Part shown: positions 54,699 to 64,000 of the stretch, piece after piece
Layout: the number at the start of each line of letters is the position of its first letter
Position numbering within the stretch: position 1 is the first letter of the stretch
Assembly: GCA_015075645.1 (NCBI GenBank)
Contig: JABTUF010000007.1
Span: 300,501-364,500, forward strand
Reading direction: 5' to 3'
Source of the DNA: Burkholderiales bacterium
GTDB taxonomy: Bacteria > Pseudomonadota > Gammaproteobacteria > Burkholderiales > Casimicrobiaceae
DNA: 64,000 bases
Program-made: the position numbers and the translations under genes
Notes under the pieces: generated by a model
The model's database searches: none
What the model was told of the DNA's origin: nothing
Seen by the model: only the letters and a program-made list of their open reading frames with translations

Positions 54699-55763
54699 TC
54701 AGGCGGTCCAGCGGCCCGACCCAACCGCACGCTCCAGCCGCGCCACGTGCGGCGCGACGTCGTAGCCGTTGGCGGTGAGCCACGCATCGTTGTAGTAGGT
54801 GTCGAGGTAGCGATCGCCGCCGTCGCAGGCGAGCGTGACGATCGAACCGGATTCACCGCGCTCCACCATGCCGCAGGCGAGTTCGAGCGCGCCGCAGAAA
54901 TTGGTCCCGGTCGAGCCGCCGTAGCGGCGGCCGGCGAGGCGCTCGACCACGCGCATCGCGGCGTAGGACGCGTCGTTGGAGACGCGGATCATGCGGTCGA
55001 CGACGCCCGGCTCGAACGACGGCTCGACGCGCGGACGGCCGATGCCTTCGACGTCGGAGCCGCCCTCGGCGGTGACCGACGCATCCCGGCTCTGGAAGTA
55101 GTCGTAGAACACCGAGCGCTCCGGATCGACGACACAGAGCTCCGTCGCGCAGCCGTGGTAGCGGATGTAGCGGCCGATCGTCGCCGACGTGCCGCCGGTG
55201 CCCGCGCCCACGACCACCCAGCGCGGCTGCGGGTGCGGCTCGCCGCGCATCTGCTCGAAGATCGATTCGGCGATGTTGTTGTTGCCGCGCCAGTCGGTCG
55301 CGCGCTCGGCGTAGGTGAACTGGTCCATGTAGTGGCCGCCGGTCTCGCGCGCGAGGCGCTCGGCCTCCGAATACACCTCGCCGGCGCTGTCGACCGCGTG
55401 GCAGCGCCCGCCGTAGTACTCGATCAGCGCGATCTTGGCGGGTGAGGTGCCCCGCGGCATCACCGCGACGAACGGCAGGCCCAGCATCCGGGCGAAATAG
55501 GCCTCGGACACGGCCGTGCTGCCCGACGACGCCTCGACGATGGTCGAGCCTTCGCCGATCCAGCCGTTGCACAGGCCATAGAGGAAGAGCGAGCGCGCGA
55601 GCCGGTGCTTGAGGCTTCCGGTCGGGTGCGTCGACTCGTCCTTGAGGTAGAGGTGCACCCCCGGCATCGCGGGCAGGTCGATCGCGATCAGGTGCGTGTC
55701 GGCCGAGCGCTGGAAGTCGCGCTCGATGCGGTGGACGGCTTCCTTGACCCAGGCGCTAGGCAT
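54699..55763 (-). CDS. PLP-dependent cysteine synthase / cystathionine beta-synthase family protein
   Basis: Contains [18 protein letters not shown] (PLP lysine) and [14 protein letters not shown]. The start was chosen at MPSAWV inside ORF 54699..55820. Confidence 0.75.
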   Translation of the reverse strand: MPSAWVKEAVHRIERDFQRSADTHLIAIDLPAMPGVHLYLKDESTHPTGSLKHRLARSLFLYGLCNGWIGEGSTIVEASSGSTAVSEAYFARMLGLPFVAVMPRGTSPAKIALIEYYGGRCHAVDSAGEVYSEAERLARETGGHYMDQFTYAERATDWRGNNNIAESIFEQMRGEPHPQPRWVVVGAGTGGTSATIGRYIRYHGCATELCVVDPERSVFYDYFQSRDASVTAEGGSDVEGIGRPRVEPSFEPGVVDRMIRVSNDASYAAMRVVERLAGRRYGGSTGTNFCGALELACGMVERGESGSIVTLACDGGDRYLDTYYNDAWLTANGYDVAPHVARLERAVGSGRWTA

Positions 55764-55879
55764 CGTGTCGGCGCGGCGCGGGGATGGTGGGTCCGCGTCC
55801 GGCGGGGCGAAGTCTCGCATCGGGCATACTGGCGGACAAGCGTGAAGGACCGAATCCCGGTTTCGCCGCGCACGAATCC

Positions 55880-56800
55880 TTGCGCTACAGCCTCGTCGAC
55901 CTGAAGCTCGTCGTCGCGATCGCCGACGCCGGCAACGTTTCGCGCGGCGCGGCGCGCTGCCACCTCGCGCCGTCGTCGGCGAGCCTGCGCATCCGCCAGC
56001 TCGAGGAATCGCTCGGGACGCCGCTGTTCCGGCGCGAGGCGCGCGGCGTGTCGCTCACCCCGGCCGGTCGTGCGATGCTCGAGCACTGCCGGCGCTGCCT
56101 CGCCGAACTCGAGCAGATGCACGCCGACCTCGCGCCCTACGCCCAGGGCGTGACCTCGCAGGTGCGCCTGTTCGCCAACTCGAGCGCGGTCGCCTCCTTC
56201 CTGCCCGACGACCTCGGCGCCTATCTGGGCGCCCACCCGGGCGTGCGCGTATCGCTGGAGGAACACGTGAGCGAGGACATCGTCGTCGCGGTCGCCGAAG
56301 GCCGCGCCGACCTCGGCGTCGTGACCTGGGACGACGAGCACCCGGACCTCGCGTTCGAGCCCTACCGGCACGACGAACTGGTCGTCGTCGCCCCCGCGGG
56401 GAGTCCGCTCGCCGCGGGCACCTCGGTACGGTTCGCCGACTGCCTGGTCCACCCGTTCGTGTCGCTGTGGAGCGAGTCGGCGATCCATCATTTCCTCGTC
56501 GATCGCGCCGCCGCGCTCGGCCGGACGATGGACGTCCGCATCCAGGTCGCGGGATTCGCCGCGGTGCTGTCGCTGGTGCGTGCGGGCGCCGGGATCGCCG
56601 TCCTGCCCCGCTCGGTGCTCCGTCCGCTCCATGCCGACGCCCTCGCGGTCCTCGCCTTGGACGAGCGCTGGGCCCCGCGCCGGCTGTCGCTGTGTTCCCC
56701 CCGCGATCGCGCGCGCATCACCGACCCGGCCAGGGCGCTCCTCGCGGCGCTGCGCCAACGCAGCGATGCGGGCACGCCGCCCTCGCGCCCGGCCCCTTAG
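55880..56800 (+). CDS. LysR-family transcriptional regulator (start uncertain)
   Basis: [46 protein letters not shown] inside ORF 55784..56800. Divergent from the cysteine-synthase-like gene. Confidence 0.8.
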   Translation: MRYSLVDLKLVVAIADAGNVSRGAARCHLAPSSASLRIRQLEESLGTPLFRREARGVSLTPAGRAMLEHCRRCLAELEQMHADLAPYAQGVTSQVRLFANSSAVASFLPDDLGAYLGAHPGVRVSLEEHVSEDIVVAVAEGRADLGVVTWDDEHPDLAFEPYRHDELVVVAPAGSPLAAGTSVRFADCLVHPFVSLWSESAIHHFLVDRAAALGRTMDVRIQVAGFAAVLSLVRAGAGIAVLPRSVLRPLHADALAVLALDERWAPRRLSLCSPRDRARITDPARALLAALRQRSDAGTPPSRPAP

Positions 56801-56966
56801 CCGGTCCGGTCTCCCCACCCCACCGCACGGACCTCGCCGAGCGTTCGCACCGCGCGAATCGAGGATTCGGGTGTTCCCGTTTGCCCGGGCGGCGAGTCGA
56901 TGCAAGACTTCCATCCTGACGGGCACCGCGGGCGGGCCCGGCAGCACGGACGAAAGGGATACGACG

Positions 56967-57980
56967 ATGCAGGCGAACGATCACTGGGGGCGCGTCGAGC
57001 GCGCGTTGGCAGGCGAGGCAACCGACCGTCCGCCGATTGCGCTGTGGCGCCATTTCCCGGAGGACGACCAGCATGCCGACAAGCTCGCTGCGCACACGCT
57101 CGCATGGCAGAAACGCTGGGGGTTCGACCTGGTCAAATTCATGCCGTCGGGCACCTACGGCGTCGAGGACTTCGGAGCGGTCAGCGTGTGGAAGGAACAG
57201 CCGAACGGTGCGCGCACGGTGGTGAAGCCCGCGGTCGTGCGCACCGAGGACTGGGCGGCGATCCGCGACCTCGACGTGCGGCGCGGCAGCTACGGCCGGC
57301 AGAACGAGGCGCTGCGCTCAGCCGCGCGCGAACTCGGCGGCTCGGTGCCGATCCTGCAGACCGTGTTCTCGCCGATCACCACGGCCCGCAAACTCTCGAC
57401 CGACCGTCTCTACGCGGACCTGCGCCGCTCGCCCGATGCCGTCCACCGGGCGCTGCGGGTCATCACCGACGTGACGATCCGCTTCGCCCTCGACGCGCTC
57501 GACGCGGGCGCGCACGGCGTGTTCTTCGCGACGCAGCAGGCGTCATGGCGCATCCTGAACGCCGACGAGTTCGCCCGCTTCGGCCGGGCCTACGACCTCG
57601 AGGTGTTCGCGGCGCTGAAGGGCAAGGCGCGCCTCAACATGCTGCACGCGCACGGCGACGACGTCATGTTCGACACGCTCGCCGCCTACCCGGTCGAGAT
57701 GCTGAACTGGCACGACCGCACGGCCGAACCCGATCTGCGCGGCGCCTGTCCGCGCTTTCCCGGCGTTCTCGTCGGCGGCGTGAACGAGTACGGCGCGCTG
57801 CAGCGCTCGGATCTTCACGGCGTCGCGAGCGAAGTCCGCGACGCGATCGCGCAGACCGGCGGCAAGCGCCTGATGCTCGGACCCGGCTGCGTCGTGCCGA
57901 TCTCGGTGACCGACGCCGCCATCGAAGCCGCGGTGCGCGCGGCGCGCGAGGGCGCGCCGTCGGGCTCCGCTTCCCGCTGA
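56967..57980 (+). CDS. uroporphyrinogen-decarboxylase (URO-D) family protein
   Basis: Starts MQANDHWGRVERALAGEATDRPPIALWRHF inside ORF 56580..57980. The family call was made by eye. Confidence 0.55.
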   Translation: MQANDHWGRVERALAGEATDRPPIALWRHFPEDDQHADKLAAHTLAWQKRWGFDLVKFMPSGTYGVEDFGAVSVWKEQPNGARTVVKPAVVRTEDWAAIRDLDVRRGSYGRQNEALRSAARELGGSVPILQTVFSPITTARKLSTDRLYADLRRSPDAVHRALRVITDVTIRFALDALDAGAHGVFFATQQASWRILNADEFARFGRAYDLEVFAALKGKARLNMLHAHGDDVMFDTLAAYPVEMLNWHDRTAEPDLRGACPRFPGVLVGGVNEYGALQRSDLHGVASEVRDAIAQTGGKRLMLGPGCVVPISVTDAAIEAAVRAAREGAPSGSASR

Positions 57981-58017
57981 CCGCCGCGCACGCGGCCCCA
58001 CTGCCACGAGGAACGCC

Positions 58018-59004
58018 ATGCAGATCATCCGCTGGATCACCCGCATCGCGGTCGCCGCCGCGCTCGCGACCGCCTTCGCCGCGCCGGCCATCGCGCAGGA
58101 CTGGCCGGGCGGCAAGACCGTCCAGATCATCGTCCCCGCGCCCGGCGGCGGCGGAACCGGCGACACCATCGCGCGCGTGATCGCCGAGGAACTCGGCAAG
58201 CACCTCAAGACCTCCGTCATCATCGACAACAAGCCCGGCGCCAACGGCAACATCGGCGCGGCCTACGCGGCGCAGCAGTCGCCCGACGGCTACAAGCTGC
58301 TGTTCTCGTGGGCCGGCACGCTCGCGGTCAATCCCAGCCTCTACAAGGGCCTGAGCTACAACGCGCAGAAGGATTTCGTGCCGATCGTGCTGATCGCCGA
58401 CGTGCCGAACATCCTCGTCGTCAACAACGACGTGCCCGCGAAGACCCTGTCGGAGTTCATCGCCTACGCCAAGGCCAACCCCGGCAAGCTCAACTTCGGC
58501 TCGACCGGCAACGGCAGCTCGATGCACCTCGCCGGCGAACTCTTCATGCGCGAGACCGGCGCGAAGATGGTCCACGTGCCGTACAACGCCCCGGGCACCG
58601 CGACGACCAACCTGATGGCGGGCGACATCCAGCTCATGTTCCAGTTGATCCCCGGCATCGCCGGCCAGGTCAAGGGCGGCAAGGTGCGCCCGATCGCCGT
58701 GATGGCCGACAAGCGCTCGCCGGCGCTGCCCGACGTGCCGACGACGGTCGAACTGGGCGCGCCGAAGCTCCTGTCGTCGACCTGGTTCGCGCTGCTCGCG
58801 CCGAAGGGCACGCCGGCGCCGATCGTCGACAAGCTGAACGCCGCGGTCAACGAGATCCTCAAGGATCCGGCGGTGAAGAAGCGCCTCGCCGACATGGGTG
58901 CGACCACGCTCGGCGGCACGCCGACGCAACTCGCCGAGCACCTGGCCGCGGAGACGGCGAAGTGGGGCAACGTGGTGCGCGCGGCGAACATCCAGATCCA
59001 GTAG
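58018..59004 (+). CDS. Bug-family (TctC-like) tripartite tricarboxylate transporter substrate-binding protein
   Basis: 328-aa ORF with a signal peptide, WPGGKTVQIIVPAPGGGGTGDTIARV and IDNKPGANGNIG. Confidence 0.85.
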   Translation: MQIIRWITRIAVAAALATAFAAPAIAQDWPGGKTVQIIVPAPGGGGTGDTIARVIAEELGKHLKTSVIIDNKPGANGNIGAAYAAQQSPDGYKLLFSWAGTLAVNPSLYKGLSYNAQKDFVPIVLIADVPNILVVNNDVPAKTLSEFIAYAKANPGKLNFGSTGNGSSMHLAGELFMRETGAKMVHVPYNAPGTATTNLMAGDIQLMFQLIPGIAGQVKGGKVRPIAVMADKRSPALPDVPTTVELGAPKLLSSTWFALLAPKGTPAPIVDKLNAAVNEILKDPAVKKRLADMGATTLGGTPTQLAEHLAAETAKWGNVVRAANIQIQ

Positions 59005-59046
59005 ACGTCGCCCCGACGACGTACCGGCGGCTCGCGGAAGGCAACG

Positions 59047-59919
59047 ATGACCGCGGCCGTCGGCTGGGTGGGCCTGGGCAGGATCGGCCTGCCGATGGCA
59101 GAGCGCGCGCTCGCGGCCGGCCACGAGCTTCACGTGTGGTCACGCCGCGAGGACGCCACCGCGCCGCTGGTGGCCGCGGGCGCGCGTCGCGCCGCTTCGC
59201 CCGAGGACCTCGCGCGCACTTGCGGCATCGTCGCCACGATCGTCGGCGGTCCCGACGACGTGCGCGAACTCCACGGCCGCATGCTCCCGCACGCGCGGCG
59301 CGGCGCGCTGTACATCGAGATGACGACCGCCTCGCCGCGGGTCGCCGCGGATGCGGCCGCGCTCTTTGCGCGAAGCGGCGCGCTGGTCGTCGATGCGCCG
59401 GTGACCGGCGGTGTCGCAGGCGCGTCTGCCGGGACGCTCACCGCGTTCGTCGGCGGCGAGGGCGCAGCGCTCGACCGCGCGCGTCCGCTGCTCGCGTCGT
59501 TCTGCCGGCGCATCGTGCCCTGCGGTGGACCCGGCGCCGGGTACCGGATGAAGCTCGTCAACCAGGCCATCGTGACCGGCACGCTGCTCGGGCTCGCCAC
59601 TGGTGCGTCGATGGCGAAGGCGGGCGGCTTCGAGGGCCCTGCCGTGAAGGACGCGCTCGGTGCCGGCACCGCGTCGGGCTTCCTGTTCGATTCGTACATC
59701 GCGCGGATGGTCGACCCGGGCGGCGCGGTGAGCTTCACGCTCGCGATGCTCCGCAAGGACGCCACGCTCGCGCGCGACGAGGCGGCCTCGCTCGGCCTCG
59801 ACCCGGCGTTCCTCGACGACGCGCTCGCCGCGATCGAACGCGCGTGCGCGCTCCACGGGGCGGATGCCGGCGTCCAGTTCCTCGCGGCGGGCGGTGGCGC
59901 TGGCACGACCGGCGCCTGA
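59047..59919 (+). CDS. NAD(P)-dependent oxidoreductase, 3-hydroxyisobutyrate-dehydrogenase family
   Basis: 290-aa ORF: VGWVGLGRIGLPMAERALAAGHEL... Confidence 0.75.
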   Translation: MTAAVGWVGLGRIGLPMAERALAAGHELHVWSRREDATAPLVAAGARRAASPEDLARTCGIVATIVGGPDDVRELHGRMLPHARRGALYIEMTTASPRVAADAAALFARSGALVVDAPVTGGVAGASAGTLTAFVGGEGAALDRARPLLASFCRRIVPCGGPGAGYRMKLVNQAIVTGTLLGLATGASMAKAGGFEGPAVKDALGAGTASGFLFDSYIARMVDPGGAVSFTLAMLRKDATLARDEAASLGLDPAFLDDALAAIERACALHGADAGVQFLAAGGGAGTTGA

Positions 59920-60168
59920 ATCCCCGGCACCGGGCGCGGACCGGCCGCGTCCACCCGGAGTACAATGGCGGCTTCGGTCCCGAAAAGCAGGGTCAGACTC
60001 GACTTTTCGCCAACGGGACGCGCTGCTCGGTACGCGCCCGAAAGATCGAATCTGACCCCGTTTCCGGCACGAAAGGGCCCCGGTTATGACACCGCGAACG
60101 CGTTCGCTCCCGAGGTAGAGCAAGACGAGCCCGCACTGGAGCAGGCAGGCGCCTGCGAAGCACGACAG

Positions 60169-60191
60169 AACGCGGCTCGACCGCGTTTTTT
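60169..60191 (+). terminator. terminator-like hairpin plus T-run inside the thrS leader
   Basis: AACGCGG-CTCGA-CCGCGTT followed by TTTT, ending 23 nt before the thrS ATG. Confidence 0.45.
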
Positions 60192-60213
60192 CGCTTCCAG
60201 GAACCCACACGCC

Positions 60214-62121
60214 ATGCCCGACATCCGATTGCCCGACGGCGCCGTCAAGCACTTCGACGCCCCCGTCTCCGTAGCCCAGATCGCCGCCTCGATCGGCCCC
60301 GGCCTCGCCAAGGCCGCGCTCGCCGGCAAGGTGGACGGAAAGGTGGTCGACGCCTCGCACGTCGTCGACCGCGACGCCACGGTGGCGATCGTCACCGACA
60401 AGGATCCCGAGGGACTCGAGATCCTGCGGCACTCGACCGCACACCTCCTCGCCTACGCGGTGAAGGAGTTGTTCCCGAAGGCGCAGGTCACCATAGGACC
60501 GGTGATCGAGGACGGCTTCTACTACGATTTCAGCTTCGAGCGGCCGTTCACGCCCGAGGATCTCGCGGCGATCGAGAAGCGCATGGCCGAACTCGCGAAG
60601 AAGGACGAGCCGGTCGTCCGCTCGCTCTTGCCGCGCGACGAGGCGGTGAAGTTCTTCGAAGGGATGGGCGAACACTACAAGGCCGAGATCATCGCGTCGA
60701 TTCCGTCCGACGAGCCGATCTCGCTCTACCGCGAGGGAGGTTTCATCGACCTGTGCCGCGGCCCGCACGTGCCGTCGACCGGCAAGCTCAAGGTCTTCAA
60801 GTTGACCAAGCTCGCGGGCGCGTACTGGCGCGGCGACTCGAAGAACGAGATGCTCCAGCGCGTCTACGGCACCGCGTGGGCGAAGAAGGAGGACCTCGAC
60901 GCCTACCTGAAGCGCATCGAGGAGGCGGAAAAGCGCGACCACCGCAAGCTCGGCCGCCAACTCGATCTCTTCCACCAGCAGGACGACGCGCCGGGGATGG
61001 TGTTCTGGCATCCCAACGGCTGGACGATCTGGCAGGAGGTCGAGCAGACCATGCGCCGCGTCTACCGGGAAAGCGGCTACCTCGAGGTGCGCACGCCGCA
61101 GATCATGGACCGCACGCTGTGGGAGCGCTCGGGGCACTGGGGCAACTACACGGCCAACATGTTCACGACGCAGTCGGAGAAGCGCGACTTCGCGATCAAG
61201 CCGATGAACTGCCCGGGGCACATCCAGATCTTCAACTCGGGACTGCGGAGCTACAAGGATCTGCCGCTCCGCTACGGCGAGTTCGGCGCCTGCCACCGCA
61301 ACGAGCCTTCGGGCGCGCTGCACGGGATCATGCGCGTGCGCGCGTTCACCCAGGACGACGGCCACATCTTCTGCATGGAGTCGCAGGTCGAGGACGAATG
61401 CGTCGCGTTCCACCGGCAGGCGCTCGACGTCTACCGGGCGTTCGGCTTCGAGGACGTGGCGGTCAAGCTGGCACTGCGGCCCGAGCCGCGGATCGGTACC
61501 GACGAGCAGTGGGATCGGGCGGAGGCGATCCTGCGCTCGGCGCTCCGCGCGAGCGGCGTCGAATGGATCGAGCTCCCGGGCGAAGGGGCGTTCTACGGCC
61601 CGAAGATCGAATACCACCTGAAGGACTCGCTCGGCCGCTCGTGGCAGCTCGGCACGATGCAGGTGGATTTCCAGCTCCCCGGGCGCCTCGGTGCCGAGTA
61701 CGTGGCCGAGGACAACACCCGCAAGGTGCCGGTCATGCTGCACCGGGCGATCGTCGGTTCGCTCGAGCGGTTCATCGGGATCCTCGTCGAGCACCACGCC
61801 GGGGCCTTCCCGACCTGGCTCGCCCCGGTCCAGGCGGTGATCCTGACGATCACCGACCGCCAGGACGGCTATGCCCGGGAGGTCGAGGCCAAGTTGAAGG
61901 AGGCCGGCCTGCGGGTCCGGGCCGATTTGCGGAACGAGAAAATAACCTATAAAATACGGGAACATAGCCTCCAGAAGCTTCCCTGGCAGCTGATCGTCGG
62001 CGACAAGGAGCAGGAGGCGAAGACGGTGGCCGTGCGTTCCCGCGGCGGCGAAGACCTGGGCGCGATGCCGCTCGAGGCCTTGGTCGCGCGCCTCCAATCG
62101 GAGGTGGCCGCGCGGCGATGA
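60214..62121 (+). CDS. thrS: threonyl-tRNA synthetase
   Basis: Starts [15 protein letters not shown] inside ORF 59965..62121. It has a TGS domain and the class II motifs ([26 protein letters not shown]). Confidence 0.95.
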   Translation: MPDIRLPDGAVKHFDAPVSVAQIAASIGPGLAKAALAGKVDGKVVDASHVVDRDATVAIVTDKDPEGLEILRHSTAHLLAYAVKELFPKAQVTIGPVIEDGFYYDFSFERPFTPEDLAAIEKRMAELAKKDEPVVRSLLPRDEAVKFFEGMGEHYKAEIIASIPSDEPISLYREGGFIDLCRGPHVPSTGKLKVFKLTKLAGAYWRGDSKNEMLQRVYGTAWAKKEDLDAYLKRIEEAEKRDHRKLGRQLDLFHQQDDAPGMVFWHPNGWTIWQEVEQTMRRVYRESGYLEVRTPQIMDRTLWERSGHWGNYTANMFTTQSEKRDFAIKPMNCPGHIQIFNSGLRSYKDLPLRYGEFGACHRNEPSGALHGIMRVRAFTQDDGHIFCMESQVEDECVAFHRQALDVYRAFGFEDVAVKLALRPEPRIGTDEQWDRAEAILRSALRASGVEWIELPGEGAFYGPKIEYHLKDSLGRSWQLGTMQVDFQLPGRLGAEYVAEDNTRKVPVMLHRAIVGSLERFIGILVEHHAGAFPTWLAPVQAVILTITDRQDGYAREVEAKLKEAGLRVRADLRNEKITYKIREHSLQKLPWQLIVGDKEQEAKTVAVRSRGGEDLGAMPLEALVARLQSEVAARR

Positions 62122-62182
62122 GCGCGTTCGCGCCCATCGCCTGCGGACGGGGCACGGTCGTTTTTTTCCTCGCTACGGAGCA

Positions 62183-62821
62183 TTGACACTGGACAGCAAG
62201 CATCAGCGCATCAATCGCGAGATCACCGCACCGCAGGTGCGGCTCGTCGGACTCGAAGGCGAGCAGCTCGGCATCGTCAGCATCGCCGACGCGCTCGCGA
62301 AAGCGGAAGCGTCGGAAGTCGATCTGGTCGAGATCGCACCGCTGGCCGAACCGCCCGTCGTCCGCATCATGGACTACGGGAAATTCAAGTACCGCGAGAG
62401 CAAGCGCGCGCACGAGGCCAAGCTCAAGCTGAAGCAGATCCAGGTCAAGGAAGTGAAATTCCGGCCGGGAACCGACGAAGGCGACTACAAGATCAAGCTG
62501 CGCAACCTGACGCGCTTCCTCTCCGAAGGCGACAAGGCCAAGGTGACGATGCGCTTCCGGGGGCGCGAGATGGCGCACCAGGAATTCGGGGTGCGCCTCC
62601 TGGAGAAGATCCGGAACGACCTCGAGCCGGTGTCGCAGGTCGAGCAGTTTCCGAAGCTCGAGGGCCGGCAGATGGTGATGCTGCTGGCTCCGAAGAAGAC
62701 GCAGGTGCAGAAGGCCGCACCCGCAGCCAATCACCCCAACAAGCCCGAGGCGGGTGCGGCGAAGGCCGCGAAAGCCTCCCCGGCCGCGAAGCCGGAGAGC
62801 ACCCCCGTGGGCGGCAAATAA
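62183..62821 (+). CDS. infC: translation initiation factor IF-3 (non-ATG start as listed in the ORF track)
   Basis: 212-aa ORF: [30 protein letters not shown]...[20 protein letters not shown]. Confidence 0.9.
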   Translation: MTLDSKHQRINREITAPQVRLVGLEGEQLGIVSIADALAKAEASEVDLVEIAPLAEPPVVRIMDYGKFKYRESKRAHEAKLKLKQIQVKEVKFRPGTDEGDYKIKLRNLTRFLSEGDKAKVTMRFRGREMAHQEFGVRLLEKIRNDLEPVSQVEQFPKLEGRQMVMLLAPKKTQVQKAAPAANHPNKPEAGAAKAAKASPAAKPESTPVGGK

Positions 62822-62832
62822 GGGACGGCATC

Positions 62833-63030
62833 ATGCCGAAGATGAAGACCAAGTCGGGCGCGAAGAAGCGCTTCCGCGTGCGCGGGAGCGGTTCGGTGAA
62901 GCGCTCGCAGGCGTTCAAGCGCCACATCCTCACCAAGAAGTCCACCAAGAGCAAGCGGCAGCTTCGCGGTTCCGCCGAGGTCCACGGCACCAACGTGGCG
63001 TCGGTGCGCGCGATGATGCCCTACGCATAA
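62833..63030 (+). CDS. rpmI: 50S ribosomal protein L35
   Basis: [16 protein letters not shown]... Confidence 0.95.
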   Translation: MPKMKTKSGAKKRFRVRGSGSVKRSQAFKRHILTKKSTKSKRQLRGSAEVHGTNVASVRAMMPYA

Positions 63031-63042
63031 CGGGAGCCGACG

Positions 63043-63399
63043 ATGCCTCGCGTCAAACGTGGAGTCACCGCGCGCGCTCGCCACAAGAAGGTGATCGCGC
63101 AGGCCAAGGGATACCGCGGCCGCCGCAACAACGTCTTCAAGATCGCCAAGCAGGCGGTGATGAAGGCGGGCCAATACCAGTACCGCGACCGTCGCACCCG
63201 CAAGCGCGAGTTCCGCGCGCTGTGGATCGCGCGGATCAACGCGGCCGTGCGCGAACTCGGCATGAGCTACAGCGTGTTCATGGACGGCTTGCGGAAAGGC
63301 GGCATCGAGATCGATCGCAAGGTGCTCGCGGACCTCGCGGTCCACGACATGCCGGCGTTCACGAAGATCGCCGAACAGGCCAAAGCCTCGCGGGCCTGA
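63043..63399 (+). CDS. rplT: 50S ribosomal protein L20
   Basis: [17 protein letters not shown]... Confidence 0.95.
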   Translation: MPRVKRGVTARARHKKVIAQAKGYRGRRNNVFKIAKQAVMKAGQYQYRDRRTRKREFRALWIARINAAVRELGMSYSVFMDGLRKGGIEIDRKVLADLAVHDMPAFTKIAEQAKASRA

Positions 63400-63485
63400 C
63401 CTTCGGCGCCCGACGGGCCGCCCCGGGGGCGCCGCCCACCCGGGGCTTGCGCAGCAGGCTCCGGAAACCACGGCCCATCGGGACA

Positions 63486-63516
63486 GGAGGGAGGCGAGCG
63501 AGCCTCCCTTTTTTTC
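63486..63516 (+). terminator. rho-independent terminator / attenuator between rplT and pheS
   Basis: GGGAGGC-GAGCGA-GCCTCCC followed by TTTTTTT. Confidence 0.65.
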
Positions 63517-63543
63517 GCCATCGATCGCACTCCCCGGTTCGCC

Positions 63544-64000
63544 ATGACCGACCTCGATACGCTCGTCTCCGGCGCCCTCGCCGCCTTCTCCGCCGCGGCC
63601 GACTCGGCCGCGCTCGAGAACGCGAAGGCGCGCTACCTCGGCAAGGCCGGGCTCCTCACCGCCGAACTCAAGTCGCTCGGCGCGCTCTCGCCCGACGAGC
63701 GCAAGTCGGCGGGCGCGCGCATCAACGAGGCGAAGTCGCGGATCGAAGCCGCGCTCGCCGCGCGCCGCGAGGCGCTCGCCGACGCGAAGCTCGCCTCCGC
63801 GCTCGCGAGCGAGGCGGTCGACGTCTCGCTTCCGGGCCGCGGCGCGGGGTCGGGCACGCTGCACCCGCTGACGCTGACGCTCGAACGCGTCGAGGCGCTG
63901 TTCGCCACGCTCGGCTTCGAGGTCGCCGACGGCCCGGAGATCGAGGACGACTTCCACAACTTCACCGCGCTCAACACGCCGGAGAACCACCCGGCGCGCT
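63544..64000 (+). CDS. pheS: phenylalanyl-tRNA synthetase alpha subunit (5' part, runs off window)
   Basis: My own translation from the ATG at 63544 gives [15 protein letters not shown]...[15 protein letters not shown]...[47 protein letters not shown]. It has no stop in the window, so it is absent from the ORF track. Confidence 0.85.
   Translation, partial: MTDLDTLVSGALAAFSAAADSAALENAKARYLGKAGLLTAELKSLGALSPDERKSAGARINEAKSRIEAALAARREALADAKLASALASEAVDVSLPGRGAGSGTLHPLTLTLERVEALFATLGFEVADGPEIEDDFHNFTALNTPENHPAR

Noticed and set aside
59140-62097. 985-aa minus-strand ORF
   Set aside because: It is antisense to the oxidoreductase gene and thrS, and its translation is low complexity. The plus-strand genes have clear family motifs.

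Overview
High-GC betaproteobacterial chromosome segment. It looks Burkholderiales-like: a Bug/TctC-family binding protein, tmk-holB-pilZ-tatD and hpnCDE are present. The window splits in two.

(A) 1 to ~23.3 kb is mobile DNA. Positions 1 to ~17.2 kb carry the partition/replication-like end of an ICEclc/PFGI-1-family integrative conjugative element. On the minus strand this reads parA, ICE-type parB, DUF2857-like, three STY4526-type domains, a PFL_4669-family gene, DUF3577, radC and DUF932. Accessory modules are:
- a self-cleaving LexA-like repressor divergent from a TcmP/DUF5131 (three-Cys-motif) cassette, with a perfect Cheo-box-like palindrome between them;
- an internal tyrosine recombinase;
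- an excisionase-type HTH gene coupled to a PLD-SNF2 helicase that runs off the left edge.

No T4SS or relaxase genes are in the window. About 14 single-nucleotide reading-frame breaks are packed into the left ~11 kb, and I found none in the housekeeping genes. An ECF-like sigma gene next to parA is bracketed by 33-bp inverted repeats. Positions 17.4-23.3 kb hold a MocR-regulated cargo operon (PaiB, ABM-like, SugE/Gdx, trans-sulfuration PLP enzyme) and a P4-type integrase. The integrase abuts the 3' end of guaA across an AT-richer spacer carrying five TTTACCGTCA-type repeats.

(B) 23.3-64 kb is conserved housekeeping DNA:
- guaA, guaB, ppiD, tRNA-Asp, tRNA-Val, hupB, lon, clpX, clpP, tig, tRNA-Leu;
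- hpnC, hpnD, hpnE, an acyl-CoA synthetase, smpB, ratA, rnfH, NlpC/P60, an ankyrin protein;
- tatD, pilZ, holB, tmk, mltG, gspGHIJKLMN, tRNA-Val;
- a small LysR-linked metabolic cluster, then thrS-infC-rpmI-rplT-pheS.

There is no rRNA and no CRISPR array. The signals most worth following up are the LexA-like/TcmP/DUF5131 module with its operator, the island-restricted indel pattern, the inverted repeats around the sigma gene, and a family of AGTTGTC heptamer-array elements at two intergenic sites. All family assignments come from reading the translations and from memory of the families. No database search was run.
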